4,830 nucleotides of DNA from a virus. Its lineage: Duplodnaviria > Heunggongvirae > Uroviricota > Caudoviricetes. Position numbers and translations under genes: made by a program. Below, in pieces: positions 1 to 4,830 of the stretch. Every line of letters begins with the position of its first letter. The stretch's first letter is position 1. Below the pieces are notes generated by a model that saw only the letters and a list, made by a program, of their open reading frames with translations, was not told where the DNA came from and made no database searches. The stretch lies in the IMG/VR virus record IMGVR_UViG_2563366878_000014. The stretch is one strand, 5' to 3'.

Positions 1-1287
1 GATTCACTGGATATGATTACGGGCTTTTCGCCGTCATATAAAAAAATTGTTATTGGTGATGATGAAATAACGATGCCTGGCGACAAGGTTGTTAAGTTTA
101 AACGCGCATCAACTGCCACATATATCAATAAATCAGGCGTATTTAGTGTTGCTAAAATTGATGAGCCACGATTTGAAAAAGAAGGTTTATTGATTGAAGG
201 ACAGCGCACTAACTATTTTGTTAAATCCAATACTCCCGCTGAATGGACGAGTACCAGCAATATCGATAAAACTAATAATGGTGTTGATGAATTTGGTTTT
301 TCATATGCCAAAATGCGAACAAAAGATAATATGACAGGACAATCATCTGCACTTAGTCTGCATACATGCAGTGCATCCCGGGGGATTGATGTTAGTGGCG
401 ATAATAAGTATTGCACTGTTTCATGCAGGGTTAAAGCTCCTGATGGTCTTCGTTGTCGTTTGCGTTTTGAAAAATACGATGGGTCGGTTTATACATTTTT
501 AGGAGATGCTTATTTAACTTTCGGAACTCTGATAATAGAAAAAACTGGCGGAGCAGCCAATAGAATAGCAGCTACTGCAACTAAAGATCCGGTTACAGGG
601 TGGATTTTCTATGAGGCAACTATAGAAGCTGTTGAAGGTGAAACCTTAATTGGCGCAATGATTCAGTATGCGCCGAAAAAAGGTGGTATAACTGAAGCGG
701 GAGATTATATTTACCTTGCAACACCACAATTTGAAAACGGCGGATGTGCTTCATCTTTTGTTATTACGACAACTGCACCCGCAACCCGCTCCAGTGATAT
801 GGTGACGATCCCAACTGAAAATAATATCTATAATAGACCGCTTACGTGTCTTGTCGAGGTTAATAGAAATTGGGGCGATATTCCTCCTAATGTAGCACCG
901 CGTATTTTTGATTTTTCTGGTGTGCCACCTATTGAGTCAATTACATACGCTTTTAACACAACTGAGAAATATTACGGTCAGCTTTATATGCAAACTTATA
1001 AAGCGTCGACAAGTACTTACGTTTCTAGTGTGTTTGCTGGTCGAACTGATGTTCGAAAATTCATTGGTGGTTTTAATATTTATTCTGATGGTACTAAACG
1101 AGTAGTTTCTAACGGTGAGGCTACTAAAACTATGAAAACGGAGTGGACGGGCGTAAAAACACGGACCTTTATTCGAATTGGAGGTCAAGCCACATCGGGA
1201 ACTCGTCATCTATTCGGCCATTTGAGAAATCTTCGTCTCTGGCATAAAGAATTAACTGATGCGCAAATGGGGGAGAGTATTAAATGA
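1..1287 (+). CDS. Tail fibre / receptor-binding protein, C-terminal part (5'-partial; frame open from base 1, 428 codons in window). C-terminus looks like a lectin-type jelly-roll (LamG/ConA-like) domain.
   Basis: Frame 1 has no stop from base 1 to TGA at 1285-1287. The first ATG at 13 has no room for an RBS, so the gene most likely starts upstream of the window. C-terminal motif ...GTRHLFGHLRNLRLWHKELTDAQM matches my recollection of the typical end of LamG-like jelly-roll domains in phage fibre tips. N-terminal window segment RASTATYINKSG...DEPRF...GLLIEGQRTNY resembles the start of a second such domain (weaker). Genomic context is tail fibre (Tfa remnant and Pin recombinase downstream). Confidence 0.75.
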   Translation, partial: DSLDMITGFSPSYKKIVIGDDEITMPGDKVVKFKRASTATYINKSGVFSVAKIDEPRFEKEGLLIEGQRTNYFVKSNTPAEWTSTSNIDKTNNGVDEFGFSYAKMRTKDNMTGQSSALSLHTCSASRGIDVSGDNKYCTVSCRVKAPDGLRCRLRFEKYDGSVYTFLGDAYLTFGTLIIEKTGGAANRIAATATKDPVTGWIFYEATIEAVEGETLIGAMIQYAPKKGGITEAGDYIYLATPQFENGGCASSFVITTTAPATRSSDMVTIPTENNIYNRPLTCLVEVNRNWGDIPPNVAPRIFDFSGVPPIESITYAFNTTEKYYGQLYMQTYKASTSTYVSSVFAGRTDVRKFIGGFNIYSDGTKRVVSNGEATKTMKTEWTGVKTRTFIRIGGQATSGTRHLFGHLRNLRLWHKELTDAQMGESIK

Positions 1288-1673
1288 AAGATTTAACACT
1301 CAAATTTGCAGACAGGGTCGACTTTTCGGCCTTTATGGAGAGCATTGGCTATTATGATGACGAGTCGATGCAGGATGATATTCTTATTGACGTGATAGGT
1401 AATGTGTACAAAGAAACCGGAGAACTTACTGAAGATGGCGAGCCGGTATGTGTTAAGGAGGACGGATATTTTGTAAATGTGCGCATCATTAATGATTCGC
1501 AAATATCGTCATTATTCGATGAACACGCGGTTGCTGTTGAGCATCAACTCCGTAGCTGGATGTGAGGAAGAAAAATGGCTACATCGACAGTAATTCCTGA
1601 TGACATCAAAACGCTAAAGGGAGATGTCAGTAAGGCAAAGGAAGATATTTCCTCAATTAACGTAAAAGTATCA
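858..1673. repeat. Tandem duplication unit 1 (816 bp), identical to 1674-2489.
   Basis: Checked line by line against 1674-2489 and found no mismatch. Identical ORF pairs in the supplied track are offset by exactly 816 bp (908/1724, 937/1753, 1284/2100). Confidence 0.95.
1284..1565 (+). CDS. Hypothetical acidic 93-aa protein, translationally coupled to the fibre gene; candidate fibre accessory/chaperone (copy 1).
   Basis: ATG at 1284 overlaps the fibre stop (ATGA). SD-like GGGGGAGAG lies 7-8 nt upstream. The protein is D/E-rich. No family recognised from memory. Confidence 0.65.
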   Translation: MKDLTLKFADRVDFSAFMESIGYYDDESMQDDILIDVIGNVYKETGELTEDGEPVCVKEDGYFVNVRIINDSQISSLFDEHAVAVEHQLRSWM

Positions 1674-1679
1674 GGTTAA
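1575..1679 (+). pseudogene. Truncated N-terminal fragment (34 codons) of the 234-aa gene, created by the duplication junction.
   Basis: Same RBS (GAGGAAG) and ATG as the 2391 gene. Reads MATSTVIPDDIKTLKGDVSKAKEDISSINVKVS, then the junction adds G and TAA at 1677-1679. Confidence 0.7.
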
Positions 1680-2103
1680 TAGAAATTGGGGCGATATTCC
1701 TCCTAATGTAGCACCGCGTATTTTTGATTTTTCTGGTGTGCCACCTATTGAGTCAATTACATACGCTTTTAACACAACTGAGAAATATTACGGTCAGCTT
1801 TATATGCAAACTTATAAAGCGTCGACAAGTACTTACGTTTCTAGTGTGTTTGCTGGTCGAACTGATGTTCGAAAATTCATTGGTGGTTTTAATATTTATT
1901 CTGATGGTACTAAACGAGTAGTTTCTAACGGTGAGGCTACTAAAACTATGAAAACGGAGTGGACGGGCGTAAAAACACGGACCTTTATTCGAATTGGAGG
2001 TCAAGCCACATCGGGAACTCGTCATCTATTCGGCCATTTGAGAAATCTTCGTCTCTGGCATAAAGAATTAACTGATGCGCAAATGGGGGAGAGTATTAAA
2101 TGA
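1674..2103 (+). pseudogene. Duplicated 3' fragment of the fibre gene (last ~143 codons, including the lectin-like C-terminus) with no proper start or RBS.
   Basis: Identical to 858-1287. The frame opens only after TAA at 1663-1665. There is no ATG with an SD; the ORF track start at 1738 is an internal GTG. Confidence 0.7.
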
Positions 2104-2381
2104 AAGATTTAACACTCAAATTTGCAGACAGGGTCGACTTTTCGGCCTTTATGGAGAGCATTGGCTATTATGATGACGAGTCGATGCAGGATGATATTCT
2201 TATTGACGTGATAGGTAATGTGTACAAAGAAACCGGAGAACTTACTGAAGATGGCGAGCCGGTATGTGTTAAGGAGGACGGATATTTTGTAAATGTGCGC
2301 ATCATTAATGATTCGCAAATATCGTCATTATTCGATGAACACGCGGTTGCTGTTGAGCATCAACTCCGTAGCTGGATGTGA
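2100..2381 (+). CDS. Hypothetical acidic 93-aa protein (copy 2, identical to 1284-1565).
   Basis: Identical sequence with the same RBS, carried inside the duplicated fibre fragment. It could be expressed by read-through transcription. Confidence 0.6.
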   Translation: MKDLTLKFADRVDFSAFMESIGYYDDESMQDDILIDVIGNVYKETGELTEDGEPVCVKEDGYFVNVRIINDSQISSLFDEHAVAVEHQLRSWM

Positions 2382-2390
2382 GGAAGAAAA

Positions 2391-3095
2391 ATGGCTACAT
2401 CGACAGTAATTCCTGATGACATCAAAACGCTAAAGGGAGATGTCAGTAAGGCAAAGGAAGATATTTCCTCAATTAACGTAAAAGTATCAACGCTTCAGAC
2501 TGATATGGACAGTGCAAAGCAGGATATCAGTACCAGATACACAAAAACAGAAGTGGATAATAAGCTGAAAAACAAAGTGGAAGTGAACGATCTGGAAAGT
2601 GGTCGTTATGGCGGAGATTTTTACCCGCTGACTGGCCGTGAAGCGTTTTATTTATGGGGATTGGGCACAACTACAGCGGCGGCAAATCTTTATCTTAATC
2701 CTGACCCTGCAATTTCGTCTGTGCTGCGGTCAACATCGTCTATCCGCTATAAACATTCAGTAGAGACGATAGATTCAGAGCACGCCGATCTCATTTTCAG
2801 GATGCGCCCTGTGTGGTACAGGTCGCAATGCGAAAATGACAGGCGTGACTGGGGATTCTATGGATTGATTGCCGAGGAAGTAGGAGAAATTGCCCCTCAG
2901 TTTGTTCACTGGCGACCAGCCAACGAAGATGATGCACCGGAAACCATTTCCAGCAATGGCCTTGTTGCCGAAGGTGTAATGTACGAACGTCTGGTTGTTC
3001 CACTGATTCACCATATCCAGAAACTGACTGAAAGAGTTGATGAACTTGAGTCAGAATTGAAGTTGTTATCAACTTCCCAAAGCGATATCGGATAA
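2391..3095 (+). CDS. 234-aa fibre-like protein: N-terminal coiled-coil-like region plus C-terminal domain resembling the phage intramolecular chaperone (Peptidase S74-like) domain.
   Basis: Strong RBS GAGGAAG 5 nt before the ATG. C-terminal motifs LIFRMRPVWYR, GLIAEEVGEIAPQFV and VMYERLVVPLIHHIQKLTERVDELESEL match my recollection of the S74 chaperone-domain consensus (LRPVxY / GxIAQEV..P / Y..LVPLL..IKEL). Confidence 0.8.
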   Translation: MATSTVIPDDIKTLKGDVSKAKEDISSINVKVSTLQTDMDSAKQDISTRYTKTEVDNKLKNKVEVNDLESGRYGGDFYPLTGREAFYLWGLGTTTAAANLYLNPDPAISSVLRSTSSIRYKHSVETIDSEHADLIFRMRPVWYRSQCENDRRDWGFYGLIAEEVGEIAPQFVHWRPANEDDAPETISSNGLVAEGVMYERLVVPLIHHIQKLTERVDELESELKLLSTSQSDIG

Positions 3096-3105
3096 AGGAG
3101 GAGTA

Positions 3106-3399
3106 ATGGATATAACACCTTTTCTTCATGCGCTTTGTGCTGTGGCTGCGCAGGTAATGATTGGTCTTTTTACCGGAAACTGGGTTTACGGGGCGATAGC
3201 CGGTTGTACGTTCTTCATTGCGCGTGAACACACCCAGGCAGAATATCGCTGGATTGAAATGTTCGGGCATGGCAAGCGGATTAACATGCCGTGGTGGGGC
3301 GGTTTTGATCCGCGTGTTTGGGATGTGGCAAGCCTGATAGATTTTGCTGTGCCGGTGGTGGCGTGTCTGCTGGTCTGGCTGTTGGTTAATCGTGGGTGA
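3106..3399 (+). CDS. 97-aa small predicted inner-membrane protein (2-3 hydrophobic helices), hypothetical; possible moron.
   Basis: Strong RBS AAGGAGG 4-5 nt before the ATG. Hydrophobic stretches FLHALCAVAAQVMIGLFTG, WVYGAIAGCTFFIA and VASLIDFAVPVVACLLVWLLV. Spot-checked lines are GC-richer than the upstream genes. Confidence 0.7.
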   Translation: MDITPFLHALCAVAAQVMIGLFTGNWVYGAIAGCTFFIAREHTQAEYRWIEMFGHGKRINMPWWGGFDPRVWDVASLIDFAVPVVACLLVWLLVNRG

Positions 3400-3409
3400 A
3401 AAAAGGTGA

Positions 3410-3529
3410 GCTGTATATGCAACGGAGGAAGAAACCCCGTTGCTGGAAGCCTGGAAAAAGTATCGGGTGTTGCTGAACCGTGTTGATACGTCAACTGCAC
3501 AGGATATTGAATGGCCAGCACTGCCGTAG
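3410..3529 (+). pseudogene. tfa: 3' remnant of a tail fibre assembly (Tfa-family) gene: conserved C-terminal 39 codons only.
   Basis: Frame 2 reads [39 protein letters not shown] then TAG, the C-terminal signature I recall for lambda Tfa / Mu U / P2 G-type proteins. An in-frame TGA at 3407-3409 sits immediately upstream and there is no start or RBS. Confidence 0.75.
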
Positions 3530-3605
3530 GGTAAAACATATAAATTCTATAATTAGATGTATCTTTCCATTTACGGCAAGGAAGGGGGCTTGGAAGACGT
3601 AAAGC

Positions 3606-3628
3606 ATCTCACACCGAGATTATTTTTT
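3606..3628 (+). terminator. Weak candidate intrinsic terminator for the + strand gene string (5-bp stem ATCTC/GAGAT, then TATTTTTT).
   Basis: Hairpin 3606-3620 followed by a T-run at 3621-3628. The stem is short and AT-rich, and the site overlaps the recombinase stop on the other strand. Confidence 0.25.
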
Positions 3629-4217
3629 ATATGTCAGGTGTCTGAAGTTTTGCTTTGGCTCTTAAAATGGTTTGCCGCGAGGTTTTGAATTCCCGGGCAA
3701 TGGCACTTATACTTACACCTGACTTAATTCGTTCGAATACCACCTGTTTCTGTTCTTCATTTAACACAGGTGGTCGACCAAAACGTTTCCCTGCGCCCCG
3801 GGCTCTTACTATCCCGGAATGAGTGCGTTCAAGTAAAAGGTCTCGTTCAAATTCAGCGACTGCTGAAATTACTTGCATCATCATTTTTCCTGTTGGACTG
3901 GTCAGGTCAATGCCCCCCAATGCTAAGCAATGCACTCTGATACCTGTTTCGGTCAGTTGTTCCACTGTTTTCCTGATATCCATTGCATTACAACCAAGGC
4001 GATCCAGTTTTGTCACAATCAATTGATCACCACATTTCAGGCGAGCAAGCAACCGGTTAAAACCAGGACGCTCACTGGTTGCTGCTGAGCCGCTAATGTG
4101 TTCTTCGATTATTTGCTGAGGTTTGATTTTAAAACCTGCACTTTCGATTTCCCGGCGTTGATTTTCGGTGGTCTGATCCAGAGTTGATATCCGACAGTAA
4201 GCAAAAATTCGAGACAT
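3627..4217 (-). CDS. pinR: Small serine recombinase, DNA invertase/resolvase family (Pin-like), 196 aa.
   Basis: N-terminal YCRISTLDQ with the catalytic Ser, central LDRLGCN...[16 protein letters not shown], and C-terminal GRPP plus helix-turn-helix are hallmarks of the Hin/Gin/Pin and resolvase family. Length and sequence match my recollection of E. coli prophage PinR/PinQ; I cannot tell those two apart without a search. Convergent with the tail-fibre genes. Confidence 0.93.
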
Positions 4218-4596
4218 AGTGAGACTCTATACGAAATTGGTGTACATATCATAATGCATATCCAAAAATTATTTCGCTTATTATTGCACATATTTGTATG
4301 TATACGTTCGAAAATAAACAAATTCGGATGCAGTCCCGTAATTTTGGTGTAACCCAAAATCGATTTTTTGAAAAATGGCTTTAACTCGGTTTGTTTTTCG
4401 AACTCCGGGCGGACTCGAGAAAGACGAATAATAGTGTTGTATGTTGTTTTAGCCAGATTTCAATTTGTTTGGTCTTGGAAAAGTGGAGCAAAAAGTTGTT
4501 AAAGTGGAAAAATGGTAAAAAAGTAGGTTGTTGCGGCATAACGTAGTTGTTGATATTTTTTAATGCATTGAAAAATTATTTTTCAGGGGGTGTTTA
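4218..4596 (-). promoter_or_regulatory. AT-rich intergenic region upstream of the recombinase gene; expected to hold its promoter, exact -10/-35 not resolved.
   Basis: 379-bp non-coding spacer. Contains the dyad ATTTTGG-TGTAAC-CCAAAAT (4341-4360) and three GTTGTTG repeats (4495-4552). A TATGAT -10-like hexamer on the - strand lies about 30 nt upstream of the ATG. Confidence 0.3.
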
Positions 4597-4830
4597 TTAC
4601 ACTTTACCATTTAAATTTTGGTTGTCTTTAAGAACTGATATCGCTGTTTGTAATAATTCTTTGTTATCCAGCCATGACTTTTTCTTTATGTTTCCTTCAA
4701 TGTAATCAAGCAATGTTCTGGTATTGATAGGTCTTCCCTGTTTTGCCACTTCCACGACAGCATCTCCCAGGATAATTCTGACTTCAGGAAGCTGCGCGGG
4801 GAACCACTTTAGGGTGTCTTTTGATTTCAT
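4597..4830 (-). CDS. ynaE: 77-aa hypothetical protein in the position of Rac ynaE / Qin ydfK (cold-shock-induced prophage gene family); start ATG is at the window edge.
   Basis: Complete 77-codon ORF from ATG at 4830-4828 to the stop at 4597-4599. Same strand as and directly upstream of the Pin-like gene, as I recall for pinR-ynaE and pinQ-ydfK in E. coli K-12. Symbol is assigned by position and length from memory, not by verified alignment. Confidence 0.6.
   Translation of the reverse strand: MKSKDTLKWFPAQLPEVRIILGDAVVEVAKQGRPINTRTLLDYIEGNIKKKSWLDNKELLQTAISVLKDNQNLNGKV

Larger units (their letters stand above)
1674..2489. repeat. Tandem duplication unit 2 (816 bp), identical to 858-1673.
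   Basis: Same comparison as unit 1. Junction is at 1673/1674 with at most 1 bp of microhomology (A at 857/1673/2489). Confidence 0.95.

Noticed and set aside
937-1209. Antisense and alternative-frame ORFs embedded in stronger genes: 213-416(-), 908-1105(+), 937-1209(-), 1293-1502(-), their duplicates at 1724-1921, 1753-2025 and 2109-2318, and 2775-3014(-), 2797-3270(-), 3186-3539(-), 3823-4026(+), 4109-4357(-).
   Set aside because: Each lies entirely within or across a better-supported gene on the other strand or frame, has no convincing RBS, and has low-complexity or odd composition. Treated as spurious.
858-2489. Whether the long repeat could be a CRISPR array or an IS/transposon terminal repeat.
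   Set aside because: It is two 816-bp units that are direct, contiguous and protein-coding, with no short repeat-spacer periodicity and no transposase or terminal inverted repeats.
3106-3399. 97-aa protein as a Cor/Llp-type superinfection-exclusion lipoprotein.
   Set aside because: No basic N-terminal region and no lipobox ([LVI][ASTVI][GAS]C) before Cys11. It looks like an integral membrane protein instead.
3419-3443. Perfect 7-bp stem (GCAACGG / CCGTTGC) with an 11-nt loop.
   Set aside because: No T-run follows on either strand, and it lies inside the Tfa remnant coding sequence. Probably a fortuitous or relic structure, not a terminator.
3417-3476. Short [22 protein letters not shown] (19 aa) starting at ATG 3417.
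   Set aside because: It is out of frame with the conserved Tfa C-terminal reading (frame 2), which explains the sequence better. No support as a real gene.
1-3600. Classical Mu G / P1 C-type invertible cassette (opposite-strand alternative fibre tip plus tfa').
   Set aside because: All fibre-related ORFs are on the + strand and no inverted copy of a tip or tfa gene is present in the window.
3679-3692. GGTTTTGAATTC resembles the right half of a Gin/Hin-type crossover site (GGTTTTGGATAA).
   Set aside because: It is only a half-site: the left arm (3667-3678) does not match. It lies inside the recombinase coding sequence at its C-terminus, so it is most likely chance.

Overview
This window reads as the tail-fibre end of a lambdoid (Rac/Qin-like) enterobacterial prophage with a mosaic structure. 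All calls rest on reading the sequence and recalled family motifs; no searches were run. On the + strand there is a tightly coupled gene string: the 3' part of a large fibre/receptor-binding gene (open from base 1, ending 1287, lectin-like C-terminus), a 93-aa acidic protein gene overlapping it by ATGA, a 234-aa protein with an N-terminal coiled-coil-like region and a C-terminal domain resembling the phage intramolecular-chaperone (Peptidase S74-like) fold, and a 97-aa predicted membrane protein. Immediately after this string lies a 39-codon remnant of a canonical tail fibre assembly (Tfa) gene C-terminus (3410-3529), which suggests the original fibre-tip/tfa module was displaced by the present one. 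An exact 816-bp tandem duplication (858-1673 and 1674-2489) covers the fibre 3' end, the 93-aa gene and the first 33 codons of the 234-aa gene, leaving a truncated 34-codon ORF and a start-less fibre fragment at the junction. On the - strand are a Pin-type small serine recombinase (3627-4217) and a 77-aa gene in the position of ynaE/ydfK (4597-4830), separated by a 379-bp AT-rich spacer with a 7-6-7 dyad and short direct repeats. I found no Hin/Gin-type crossover sites and no opposite-strand alternative fibre cassette, so the recombinase may be an orphan here.
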